In this document: in pieces, positions 25,835 to 38,290 of the stretch | Numbering within the stretch: the stretch's first letter is position 1 | Layout of the letters: each line of letters starts with the position of its first letter | DNA from: Vicugna vicugna | Lineage: Eukaryota | DNA length: 64,000 bases | Reading direction: 5' to 3' | Assembly (NCBI GenBank): GCA_013265495.1 | Contig: MU058065.1 | Location: 10,333,720-10,397,719 of the forward strand | Notes under the pieces: model-generated | The model's database searches: none | The model's input: only the letters and a program-made list of their open reading frames with translations | What the model was told of the DNA's origin: nothing | Position numbers and translations under genes: made by a program

Positions 25835-25932
25835 ATACTATTACTATTGCTGTGAAAATAGTTGTTATCATAGACCTCTTAAAAAAGACTGAGAAACCTT
25901 ACAGATCTGAGAACCATACTTTGAGAAACTCT
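25835..25932. mobile_element. hAT-Charlie terminal fragment (MER119/Charlie7-like), copy 1
   Basis: gtgaaaatagtt, agacctc, gaaccatactttgagaaac. Confidence 0.5.
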
Positions 25933-26087
25933 CTTTAAGATTATCCAAAAAGAAATTCAAATTTCACAACTCATTAAAGGAAGATCACAACTGAGTCCAT
26001 GTTTCAACCAATAAACCAAGCAAATAGAGCCAGTTTCAACTTCTTGGAGCTAATTTACTAAATGAGAGCAAACAGGACAAATAAGGT

Positions 26088-26187
26088 ATTAGTATTATTA
26101 TGAAAAGAGTTTTTACTTCATGGACCCCCTGGCAGCATCTCAGGGATGCTGAAGGGGGTCTCTGAACCATATGCTAGAACATGCTGA
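26088..26187. mobile_element. hAT-Charlie terminal fragment (MER119/Charlie7-like), copy 2
   Basis: tagtattattatgaaaagagttttt, catggaccccctg, tctcaggga, ggggtctctgaaccat. Confidence 0.55.
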
Positions 26188-27192
26188 ATTACCATACTCA
26201 TTACAGGGACAGAGGCAACAAGTTGTGGTGGGGTTGGTCTTAAGGATATTAGGCATGTCTTGCAAGGCAGTTGCCTCAGCTGAGACTAAGGGATCATCAG
26301 ACAGTAGAAGTCTGGTTTCCTCAAACACAAGAAAAACAAGTCTCAGAGATACTCAGGAGTTCTTTATTTCCTTTTTCATAAACTTCTCACTTTATTTCCT
26401 ATAAACTTACTTGAAGTTTATTTTTCTAAACTTCAAAGAGCTGAAACTATTTCTCTTAATGATTATTTGTGGTAAATTTATGCTATACAACATATTTGAA
26501 TATTATTTTGTGCCTATTTTACCCTATGTTATGGTTCAACATTGTGAATATAACCATTCTTTTACTGATACTGTCATACATAATAGGAAATATTCTTTCC
26601 ACTTAGGGTCTGTTAATTAGGGACTAGTCTGAAAAGTAGCAAAATTGTTTTCCCTTCCCTGCTTGAGAAGCAGAAATGTAAAAACAAATCTTTGTCATTG
26701 TATTTGTGGTTTTAGTATATATTGATAAAAATCAATACTATTATACATTTTGTTAACTGTGTAAGAAAAATTAAATAAAAATCATTTAACAAATTTAATG
26801 GATGTTCATTGATACATGGATCAATAACAACAACCGTACTATTGATGAAAAACGTTTAGGTTTATAGCGTTGATAATTCTGTTTCAGTATTAACCAGTTT
26901 AGTATGTTGCAATATAATGGAGTATTTGTTTTAAATATTAATAGAAAAAGCAGATTTTGTTAGCTTTGGATTTTCATATTAATACAGTGAAGCCCTATTT
27001 TACTTTGAATGAATTTTTTCAGTTCATTAAATCCTTTTACCATTTTTAGGTGTTTTCTTATCATTGGTAAGCCATATTCACACATATATGCTTCAAAAAC
27101 AATTATATAATTTAAGATTTTTATTTTATGGCAATTATTTTTCAACTTAATGCCTGGTTTTGGGATTACTTTTAGTATATTTTAAATAAAAG

Positions 27193-27806
27193 AAAATTTA
27201 TATGGAATCACAAAACAAACAAACAAACAAGCAAACAAAAAACAAAAACCAGACATACCATAGCAAAACTGAAGAAAAAGAATGAAGCTGGAGGAGTAAC
27301 CTTCTCAGACTTCAGATAATACTACAGAGCTACAGTAATCAAAACAGCATAGTACTAGTATAAAAACAGACATAATGGATCAGTGGAACAGAATAAAGAG
27401 CTCAGAAATAAACCCACAGACTTTTGTTCAATTAATCTTGACGAAGGAGGCAAGAACATACAATGGAGTAATGACAGTCTCTTCAGCAAATGGTGTTGGG
27501 AAAACTGGGCAGCTGCATGTAAATCAGTGAAGTTAGAATACTCCCTAACACCATACACAAAAATAAATTCAAAATGGCTTAAAGATTTACACACAAGACA
27601 AGCTTCTATAAATCTCTTAGAAGAAAATATAGGCAAGACATTATCTGACATAAATCTCAGCAGTGTTCTCCTAGGGCACTCTACCTAGGCAATAGAAATA
27701 AAAGCAAAAAAAAAAAAATTGTTAAAATGTTCATACTACCCAAAGCAATCTAATGAAGTACCTATCCATATTCCAATGACAATTTTACAGAAAGATAAAC
27801 AATCTT
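27193..27806 (+). mobile_element. L1 ORF2 internal fragment, truncated at both ends, two pieces in permuted order; (AAAC)n expansion at ~27211-27248
   Basis: ORF 27383-27688 (KNIQW..DSLFSKWCWENW..LTPYTKINSKWLKDL); 27719-27806 encodes the upstream VKM.ILPKAI..IPMT motif. Confidence 0.92.
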
Positions 27807-28379
27807 GTATCTTTACAAACAAGCTTATACATAGCTGCATAGGAAGTTTGTTTCCTGGCACTTTCTCACACTGCTAACATATGCCCTGAACAAAATCCAG
27901 AATAACATACACATAAAAAAGTTAAGTAATAATTTTACTTGATAAAAGAAAAAGATAAAATGAATCTACATTTTCTCACTAGCACATCTTTTAAAGTATT
28001 AAGTATTGCTAGTCATGGAAGATAATTATGAGTTCTCCCAAATATTTAAATAATATCCAATTATAAAGATATGCAAAATATTATTTAAACAATATATTTA
28101 AAAGTATACATTTACTAATAACATGTAGATAGTTATTAGGAGAGCTTATGTCTGTTGAAAACAAATTTGAGATTTATTTTATTAAAATAGTTTTGTTGTT
28201 TGCTCTTTATAAAAATTTGAATCTTTTATAGACTCCATAATCCAAAAATGTATAAGGGCTAATACAAAAATTGCCATTATCTTTGTAAGCTATTAATCTG
28301 CTAATTATTTGCTGGACACTTTTTTAGCATCTTTCTTTGCACACACTCATACACACATTTACATCTGTAACTATCCATG

Positions 28380-28620
28380 CAGTTTTGTTTACAATGGGAT
28401 TGTACAATGACCATTTGACATCATTTTCACATACCTATTTATATTATTGAACATTGTTCCATGTTAATAAATTTAGATAAAAAAATCCTTTTAATGATTC
28501 CCTTATTATCCATTTTTAAATGTTTGTGCAACGATCAATTTAAGCAGCCTCCAACTTTTGCACTTCTAGATATTTTACATATTTTTGCTATTATAAAGTG
28601 CACAGAAGAAACATCCTGTT
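28380..28620 (-). mobile_element. L1ME-like 3' relic
   Basis: ttccatgttaataaat, ccttttaatga, tttttgctattataaa, aacatcc. Confidence 0.5.
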
Positions 28621-29209
28621 AAAACATTGCTTTCTTTTCTGATACTATATTAAGATACATTGATAAGCAAATATAAAACAAAAGTATACCTCAAATTATA
28701 TCTCTGATTCATTATCATAGCATAAGTTTTGATATGAAGTCTTATCTTTTAACTTTTAATTTTAGATGAGATACAGTGATTAATATAGGTGTAATTTGGT
28801 AGGCAGTATTCTAGTATTGAGATTGATATGTTCTTGAAAATTTTTTGATGTTTGTTTCTGTTTTTATTATGAAGTCATAAGAATTTTTATAGCCAGATAA
28901 CAGACTGACTTTTGTGAATTTGTTATGGATATAAGAAGTATGCATATACTTTAACTGCAATATACAAAATTCTGTGTATTTCTATTTGACTGAGTTTGCT
29001 GATTATTCAGATCCTCTACTTTCTTGCTCAATTAGTACATTGTTACTTAATCCAAAGATGTACTAAAATAATAAACACACACACAATGAAATACTTTGAT
29101 ATTATTTTTGTAAGGAAAAAACTAAAAATGAATTGTGGTACCTATATACTATGTAATATTATAAAGGTGTTTATATTGTATGACCTTATTTTTGTATGCA
29201 TACTTATAA

Positions 29210-29980
29210 GTGAATCAGATAGAGAGCTCCTCAGAGAGATAACCAGGGACATAGGTGGATCATTGTCCCTTCCCTGCTCATGAATATTTAACAATTTAGC
29301 AGCATATTGACAAGTGCATGCATATAAGGAAGCTTCCTGGGACTGGGAAAAGAACCATCTGATGAAATTAGAGGGAAGAGTACTTGGTGGTTACACAAGG
29401 CTGGGAAGAGTGTCTGCTCCTAGAACCAGACAGGAAAATCTTATAATTCAAGGGGCATTGTGTAGAGTACTCATATGAGTCTTGACTTAATTGTGTAGAG
29501 TAACAAATCCTAGACTGAGAGCTGCTCTGGTTCTACCTAATAAATTTTAAAAGCAAGATCCAAAATTGTCAGAATTTCAAGTAACTTAACTGCATCCAGA
29601 CCAAAGCTCAAGAATAAAACAAAAATCCACCAAAGAGATAAAATTCACAATGTCTGACATCCAATCAAAGATTATAAGGAATGCAAAGAAGAAGGAAATA
29701 GGATCCTTAAGAAAAAGAAAAAGAAGACAATCAAAAACAGCTCATAGTTGATATGGATGTTAGAATTAGTAGACGGGGACAGTGAATGCATTATGATAAC
29801 TGTGTGCTTTCTGTTCAAAACAATAAGTAGAGACATGAAATATATGTATATATATATGACTAAAATCAAACTAGTAGGGGTGAAAACTCCAATGACTGAG
29901 ATGAAAATAAACTGAATATTATAATATTGTGATTAACAGCACATTATATATAGCAGACAGAAAGATCAGTGAACTTGATA
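29210..29980 (+). mobile_element. Old L1 (L1M4/L1MC type) 5'UTR and ORF1 start
   Basis: ggactgggaaaagaacca, caagtaacttaactgcatccaga, aaaattcacaatgtctgacatccaatcaaa, gatgttagaattagtagac. Confidence 0.8.
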
Positions 29981-29984
29981 ACTG

Positions 29985-30415
29985 AACCAATAATCTCACT
30001 CTTAGATTTAAACCTCCTCAGAAATGTACTTATGTTCACCAAAAGAGCTGTACAAATATACTCATAACCCCCAAACAGACAAAACCCAAGTGCCCATACA
30101 TACTACAGTGGATCAATAAATTATGGTACATTTATACAGTGGAATAACACAGTGACAAAAGTGAACAAAAATACTTATCTCTGTTAACATGAATTAATCT
30201 CACAATGTGAACAAGAGTATCCAAATCCAAAACAATACATACAGTATGATCCTATTCATATGAAATTTAAAATAGACAAACTGTGGGAGTAGAAATTAGA
30301 GTAGTGAGCACATTCGCGAGGGTAGTTGCTTTGAGAGCTCGTAAATAGGAATTTGATGTGCTGGAAAAATTCTATTTCTTGGTAGAACTGGTGGTTGCAT
30401 GAGTGTGATTCCTGT
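29985..30415 (+). mobile_element. L1ME-like 3' end
   Basis: tatgttcaccaaaaga, ataaattatggtacatttatacagtggaata, aatacatacagtatgat, ttctatttcttg. Confidence 0.8.
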
Positions 30416-33400
30416 CACGAAATAGCTAGAAAAGAGAAGTGAAAGAATATGCTAGCACCAGGAATTGAAGGGCCTCTTTTTTCTTGTAGATATTTTGTTT
30501 GAATAATACAGAAGACACTCAGTAAATGCTTCTTTATTTTTTTACCTGTCTTAGAAGTTTTGTCAACTTGAAGAAATATAAAATTTAATCCTGAGCTAAG
30601 CATATTGAAAATCTATGAAAATAAAGTTAGTGACATTTCTCTGAAGTTTTTATTTCACCAATAATATTTTAATTTTTGTGTCAACTTTCCATATTATGCA
30701 TCATTCATGTCTGTGGATGCCTTCATATTTTACATAAAAAATCAAATGCCATGGTTCATATTATTCCTACAGAAGAGTCAGTCCATTCAGAATTATTCAG
30801 TATCCTTTTTAGTTTGCTAGATTAAGGAAGATGGTTGATAACTTTTGACAGCCCCAAATTTTGAGGGAGAAATTGTCCAATTTTAAACAACTAATTAAAT
30901 TAACATCTAAATTACTCTACATATATTTTAGGAACGTGCATCAGCAGTTCTATTTACACTGCATTAGCCAAATTTATTATATTTCCTAATGTAATGTGAA
31001 TTTGAATTGCAGTTTTGGAACTGACTGACAATTCTGTTCTGTTTCTAAGGCTCTTGTGACAATGCTCACAATTATTTACCATATGTTATCAGTACTGTTT
31101 TTTGTCTATATGTGCACAATCTTCTGACTGAGTCTCTTATTAACCTTTCCTCTCTGAAAAAGGACTTTTTTTTATCGTTTCCCTTGTACAATTATAAAAA
31201 AGTATACTTTTAAAATTTTGCCCCCAAATAGAATGTAATGTGAACCGTATCAATGACATTGAATTAATTAATTTCTCCAAAAATTGATTGTCGTTCTTTT
31301 TCTTTTTTTACTTTTTTCTTTTATTGAGGGCTGACTTTCAATAGTCATTATTTTTCAATATACTATTATCAAGAAATTTTGACTGCATTTTGTTATTGAT
31401 GAATTTATATACAACATGTAATTTTACATTTATCCCCACTATCATGCTGGTATAAACAGTCATACACACACAGGTACATACACGCATGCACACACACACA
31501 CTTTATGATAGTACCAATTTTAATATGTCTGAAAATATTCTAAGTTTCTCCATAAGTATAAAATGCACTTTTTATATTTTGTTTCATGGGTTCTTTTTGG
31601 AGAGTATAATTTGCACCTTCTGATTCTGTTTAGATGATTATATAAAATTTTGAAAGCCGAAAGTAGTATTTTAAAATTTTATATATAATAAATAATTAAA
31701 ACATATAAGAAAAGGAATTGAATTTTCATATATAACTTGTGATCAGCATTTACTAAGTGTCTTTTTTATACACTGTTCCTTAGAATGATGCTTCTAGGAA
31801 TTTTGATACCAAGAACAGGCTCAAAGGTGATTAAGTTGTTATTAGGGTAGTACTGAGAAATTATCTGAGTTGGTGTTGCTATAAAGGCTGCATTTTTTTT
31901 CCTATTGACATTTCTCCTCTCAAAAAAAAAATGGCATTCCCTAGGAACATATTTTTCAGTGACAGACTAAACATTCACTTGACCTGAAAAGAGTGAGACC
32001 TATTCTATTTTCCTCCTTGTCCCTTGCTTTTTTTTTTTCATTAAATATAATGGATAATAAGGTAACATCCCTAAGCACTTCAGAACTTGTCTATAAAATG
32101 GGGACAGTGTTTTCCCTATTGACTTTGTAGATTGTGTTTGACTGCTTCTTTCTCTTATGGTAAAGGAAGATAATTAATCTGAAAATGTCTGAACCTGGTA
32201 AGGGTAATACACAGACAAATGTTGTTAATTAACTAACTAGTGTCTTCATTCCAAAATATCAAATAATCAGGTCATCTTCAAATGTTCTTTTTATGATGAC
32301 TTTATATGATTCATGGAAATGGGACAAGAGCACTGTAAGGTGTAAGTTCTCTGTTTTGTACAGCATGTCTCTAGGGTTGGATATGTCCTATACTTCAAAA
32401 GGAAAAAACATCAGGAACCCTTCAGAAATAGTTACAAAGTCTATAGGATAGTGATAATATTTCTGTACCCTTCCTACTGAGTATCTTTTAGCACTTACAG
32501 GCTAAGATGAGTATTTGGAACATTTTGTAATCCTTGGTTTTCCAGTGTTCTTAAACTCCTACATTGTCTCACTTCTGTCCTTTCTGAGTCCTCATTTGAT
32601 GGAGGCCAAGCCCTCAGAGACAGTTGAACCTGGTTCTCTATAAAGTAGTTTGGTGACTGCGTTTTCACTTCTTTTTTAAGACTAGGTTTAATACTCAAAT
32701 TCTTCAGAATGGAGCATCTGCAAGAAAAGCAAAACTTGCTCCTACTTAAAATTAGAATTTCTCATCAAAGTAAAATCTATGTGTTACTAAACAATGAGAC
32801 TTTTCTCTACCTAAACCAGGATAAAAAGGAATAAAGAAGGGGTGAAGGAAGAAGTGTGCAATGCGTGCTAGTCAGCTGCATGAATTATTTAGGGTTCCTG
32901 GGAACTTCTAAATCTCAACCAGCACACACTAGGAGATCTACTCATCAGGAAACACTTTCTGCACCAGGTACTCATCAGCCACTTTCTCTGAATTATTAAT
33001 TCAATACAATAAAAGCCAGTATTAAGATTGAATCATTTGTCCTTATACTATTTTAAGCAGAGTGAACAGTTGAGTAACAGAATGTTTTGACAGCTTTAAG
33101 TGGCAATATTTTAGTTTTGGGATTATACTTTTAATCTCTAAAACAGAAATTTCTGGCATTTATATTTGTTCCTAAATTTTCCACATGGCCATCCAAACAT
33201 TCATTTATGGGGACATGACACAGAGAATTCTGAGGAAGATGAGTCCCAACTGAATACCATATCCTAGAGATGTATAATTCCCATATAAACTTAAAATGTA
33301 CATTGTATTTGCTACTATTTACTTCCGTGAGTCTCATGTACTATGTCAACATTTGCATGTTAAAAAGTTCAACATGGGTGTTAGCCATAGTTTTCACTGA

Positions 33401-33549
33401 CCATTGGCAAAACGTCTCCTTTTGTCTTAAAAAATAATATTTTTATGGAAAATCTTACCATTTGATGTTTTATAAAATCCTGGCAACAAATGGGGTGAGG
33501 TGGCAAAATATGGGTTAGAGAAGTTTAAATGTTAGGATAAACAGAAGTG

Positions 33550-33775
33550 CAGCTTAAAAGTAGTGGTTTAGACATAGAACTTTGATTCCTCTAGTTACTA
33601 ACTGTAGTAACTTGGATAAGTTATTTATCTTTTCTGTCTTTGGATACCCATCTATAAAATGCTAACTCTACAAACGCTCAGAGGGTATTATGAAAATTAT
33701 GTAAATTATTATTTATAAGGTGCTTAGAAGAGTATCAGTAAAGGTTATATATGTTCTTGTTAAATAAATAATTTA
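33550..33775 (+). mobile_element. MIR SINE
   Basis: aacttggataagttattta, catctataaaatg, taaggtgcttagaa. Confidence 0.7.
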
Positions 33776-34064
33776 TTGTACAAGTCATTGCTATCCTGTA
33801 TCAACTGGTTTAGGATGATTATCTCAAACGGGGGAATATTGTGCTCAAAAAGTATCATCCACATTTGAGTTTATTAATTAATCTCAGAGTATATTATAAC
33901 CCAGATTCATATTTCATATAAAAGCTTTGAAATTTAGATATGATGAAAGCATAGCAAATATTTCAACATAAAAAAATACATGCAAAATAGTGACGCATAA
34001 AATAGAGGAGTGCTGTATCTTTTTAGTTGGGAAGAATTCTATATTGAAGTGAGATAATCCCTTT

Positions 34065-34149
34065 CTAAATGCTAAGTAGCTATGAGAAATTACTAAATCA
34101 CTTACTCTTTCTGGGCTTCCATTACATCTTATGTAAAATAAGGATTTTT
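34065..34149 (+). mobile_element. MIR3/MIRc-like relic, resumes at ~35023-35060 after the L1
   Basis: aaatcacttactctttctgggcttc...tgtaaaataagg on the left; taaagctacctttcctctgaaatt on the right. Confidence 0.5.
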
Positions 34150-35022
34150 TAAATTTTGTTTTTTATTGAAGTACAGTCAATTACAGTGTGTCAATTTCTG
34201 TGTAAAGCACAATGTCCCAGTCATGCATATACATATATATATTTGTTTTCATGTTCTTTTTCATTTAAGATTATTACAAGATATTGAATATAGTTCCCTG
34301 TGATATACAGAAGAAACTTGTTTTTTTTAAATCTATTTTTATATATAGTGGCTAACATTTGCAAATCTCAAACTCCCAAATTTATCCCTCCCTACCCTCT
34401 TTCCTCTGGTAATCATAAGATTGTTTACTATGTCTGTGAGTCTGTTTCTGCTTTGTGGATAAGTTCATTAGTGTTGTCTTTTTTTTTTCTTTTTTTTTTT
34501 AGGTTCCATATATGAATGATATCATATGCTATTTTTCTTTCTCTTTCTGGCTTCACTTAGAATGACGATATCTAGGTCCATCCATGTTGCTTGCAAATGG
34601 CATTATTGTGTTTTTTATGACTGAGTAGTATTCCATTGTATAAGTATACCACAACTTCACTATCCAGTCATCTGTCAGTGGACATTTGGGTTGTTTTCAT
34701 GTCTTGGCTATTGTAAATAGTGCTGCTATGAACATTGGGGTCCATGAATCTTTCCAAATTAGAGTTCCCTCAGATATATGCTCAGGAATGGGATTGCTGG
34801 ATCATATGGCAAGTCTATTTTCAGTTTTTTGAGGAATCTCATTCTGTTTTTCATAATGGCTGCACCGAATTACATTCCTGCCCACAGTGTACAAGGGTTG
34901 CCTTTTCTCCACACCCTCTCCAGCTTTTATTGTTTGTGGACTTTTGAATGATGGCCATTCTGACTGGTGTGAGGTGATACCTCACTGTAGTTTTGATTTG
35001 CATTTCTCTGATAATCACTGAT
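34150..35022 (-). mobile_element. Relatively young, 5'-truncated camelid-type L1 3' end
   Basis: ttttattgaagtacagtcaattaca, cacaatgtcccagtcatgcatatacat, tatacagaagaaac, catttgcaaatctcaaactcccaa; then the antisense ORF2 C-terminus to gcatttctctgataat. Confidence 0.92.
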
Positions 35023-35939
35023 TAAATATTTAAAGCTACCTTTCCTCTGAAATTTTCTGGATGTCTAATGTAAGTATATGCAAGTTGATAACTCTTAAAA
35101 TACTATGACCTCACTACAGATAATATATTTATAGCTTAAGATATTTTAACTAGATGGTTTATACTGTAAGACATGTTTGGTTTTATTGTTGAAGACTGTA
35201 TAATTCCTGAATCTTTCTTAATAATTCAAAAATATAAAAAATCCCATGTCCACACCTTAACCAATCATTTTATTTTATTAATAATGTATCTATGTTTAAG
35301 AAATGTAAAGAAAATTTAGACAGAAAGTTAGGGAAGACTGAGAAGAGTGAGAATCTTATGTGTCACAGTCTGAGTTAAAACTGTATATTAAATGCATTTT
35401 TCAACCTTTATAGTAAGCAAATAAAGTAAAAAATTTTCGTTAAGGTTAGTTGCCTGTTTACATTACCATACATATTCATTGAATTAAGTAGAGAGGAAGT
35501 AAAAACAATCTACTATTTTATACAACTAAGATAGGAAAACAGTGCTCACAGACTTTCAAATACTTTTTTCCTTTTTTACTTTTATGTTTTCACTTAGTTC
35601 CTTTTTTTAAGTTGTTCAATAAAAGTTTACTGAAACTCTGCTATATGCCAGACAATGTATTTTCCTGAATAAACCAACTACCACCAAATAAATACATAAA
35701 TCTGCTTGTTTTTGAAAATGCTCTGTAAGTTATAAAATATATATTAAAAGGCACTATTATTACCATTGTGAATGTTTTACTCATTATTTTTTCTTATTTC
35801 ATTGATGTTAGCTATTCTCTCTCTCATTTGAAAATATGACAGCTATGGAAACTCATTAATTAATAACTTACTGTATTGTGACACAGACTGTGTCATTTTT
35901 TTCACAGTTATTTAACATTTAAAATATTTCTGTTGTGTT

Positions 35940-36060
35940 TTCTCAACTGCAGTGTGGATTATCTCAGTGGAGAAAACTTGCTCATGATGTCATCTGTATG
36001 CCCAAAAGTCTTTAGCGTGTACTTTGTTTTCATAGTACATACTTAATAAATGTTTTATTT
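35940..36060 (+). mobile_element. L2 3' end relic
   Basis: catctgtatgccca, catagtacatacttaataaatgttt. Confidence 0.5.
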
Positions 36061-36319
36061 ACACATGAAGTTTCTCTGATAATTATTTCATTTGAACTAT
36101 GTTTTTACTATATCCAACATACACACTCATACATACACGTAGTTTCCAAGTAAAGAGAAGTTTGTAGTACAGTGGTATGCATACAGTGAATTTTTAATTT
36201 ATGCTTGTTGAATTATTGATTGTATGGAAAGATATTTTGAAACGAAATTCATAATGTTCCAGGTTCTGATCCTCCTATTCTTACCATCTTTCATTATACT
36301 TTAAAGGAAATATTTTATT

Positions 36320-36700
36320 CTGTGGAAAAAGTGATTAAAAACATGGGTTAAGAACAAGACTACATATGTGAAAACTTTAGCTCTGCTATGTACTTAACTA
36401 TCTGTTTTTTTAGTTGCCTTATCTGTAAGTGGGATAGTAACATCTCATTTTATCCTTAATGGATTAAAGACTTGATATTTGTAAAGCATTTAAAACTGAT
36501 CCTACAGCCCAGTAGACACTTCATATGTGTGCTTTATATAAAAGTAAAGAAAAAGAGCACAGATTTTAAATTCGGATATAAATCAGTTTTTCCACTTAGC
36601 TATATTACCTCAGAATGATCAGTTAATCTTTCTGATCCACATGTTCCTCTTCTTTCAAAAGGGAATCATATCTCTAAGTCTTAATATTTCTAAAAATATT
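36320..36700 (+). mobile_element. Two adjacent MIR relics
   Basis: agctctgcta, ttatctgtaagtgggatagtaac, tgtaaagcattta; the second starts aaagagcacagatttt. Confidence 0.6.
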
Positions 36701-37574
36701 AAATCAGGACTTGTATATTGTATAATTTTGAACTCGAAGGGTTAGACCTTACCTTAAATTGTGAAACACAAGAAAATCTCAGTGACATATAAAATATTTA
36801 CTTAAAAGCATCAGACAATAGTCAAGAAAGTGAATAAGTAGTAGGCCATGAGTTGGAGGAGAATATTGACTTAGGAAAATGAGCTTAGTATTTATGGTCA
36901 TTTTTTTCCCTGGAGGAATTTGACAATTTCCGAACACATAGGTTGAGAGTCCAGAATGTAAGTAAAATGGCTCTTCTTCAGAATATAAATAATGTGGATG
37001 CAGAAAAGCACCTGCAGAAGCTGCAAGCTAGCTTTGAATTCTTTTAGTCCTTGAAATGTTTCTCCTTTTAAAGAAAAATAACATTATTCTTGGCCTAGTA
37101 GTGTTTCTACAAATATTATCAATACAATGTCTGGCACATAGTAAAAAATATCCAGGCTCATAAAAAAGATAAGGAAACTTGGAATAAAGCTATAAAAAAT
37201 GACAACTGAAATAGCTCATTGGGGAAATATATATATTGAAGTTAGCAAATATAGAGCTTAAAATAACTATGCTTACTATGTATAAGATGATTAAAAACTC
37301 AAACTGAGAATTTGAACAGAGAAATGAAAACTTAATATGAACCAAGTGAAAATTCTAGAAATGGTTATATAACAGACAAAATTTTGGAATTCAGGATATA
37401 TATTTTAAAATTATATACCAGTAAAGAATTAATTAGAAAAAGAATGAGCGGCCAAAAGTTATCCAGAATTAGACACTGGAAGACATAGAGAAAAAAATAC
37501 AGGATCATAAGAAACATAGAGGATATAATAATGACTTATGAATGTACAAATGGAGTCCCAGAACTTTCCCAGAA

Positions 37575-38290
37575 GGAAAAGTATGAAAGAAACAGAACCA
37601 AGAGAAGAGATGTGGATAGAGAGAGAGGATAGAGAGAGATTCTAAGGAATTGGCTCAAGTGATTACAGAAGCTGACAATTCCCAAGATCTGTAGTCAGCA
37701 AGCTGGAGACCCAGGAAGACAGATGGGTAGTTTCAGTCTTATTCAATGTCTGAGAACCAGGAATGTGGATGGTGTACCATGTTCCAGTATGAAAGCTAGC
37801 AGGCTCAAGACCCAAGAAGAGCTGATGTTTCAAAATGTCCAAAGTCTGGAAAAGACTCAAGTCCCATTTAAAGATAATCAAGCAGGTACAGAATTTGCTG
37901 TCGTTTCATTGCTTTGATTCTGTGTCCTATGATGCAAAAGAAGGCAATGGATTTTAACTGTTTACAAATAGAATGTGACTGTAAAATGTACAGTTTTGTT
38001 GCTTGAATTATGAAATTCTTCAGATATAATAAAACATGACTTTTTGACTGCTCAGCATTTAAAAAAGAAGGCTGCTTATTCAGCCTTTTTATTCTGTTTA
38101 GCTAAAGTCTGCAGTTAATTAGATGAGGCCCACTCACATTAGGGAGGGCATTTTGTTTAATTCAGACTACTGATTCAAATGTTAGTCTCATCCAGAAACA
38201 CACTCACAAATGCATCCAGAATAAACTTTGGCCAAATGTTTGGGCACCCCTTGGCCTATCAAATTTACACATAAAACAAGTTTACACAAC
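37575..38290 (-). mobile_element. ERVL solo LTR, MLT2B/C-like
   Basis: agaaacagaacca, taaggaattggctca, gcaagctggagacccaggaaga, gatgaggcccactcacattagggagggca, tctcatccagaaacacactcaca. Confidence 0.9.
37887..38066 (+). pseudogene. Short 5'-truncated polyadenylated insert (retrocopy 3'UTR or orphan transduction)
   Basis: Non-LTR sequence interrupting MLT2; AATAAA at 38028-38033, A-run at 38061-38066, flanking aagcagg / aagaagg. Confidence 0.6.

Noticed and set aside
633..27718. 633-668 and 27193-27718 as two halves of one L1 split by a 26.5 kb insertion
   Set aside because: They abut in L1 coordinates, but the intervening DNA is ordinary ancient sequence, and 27719-27806 already supplies the upstream piece locally.
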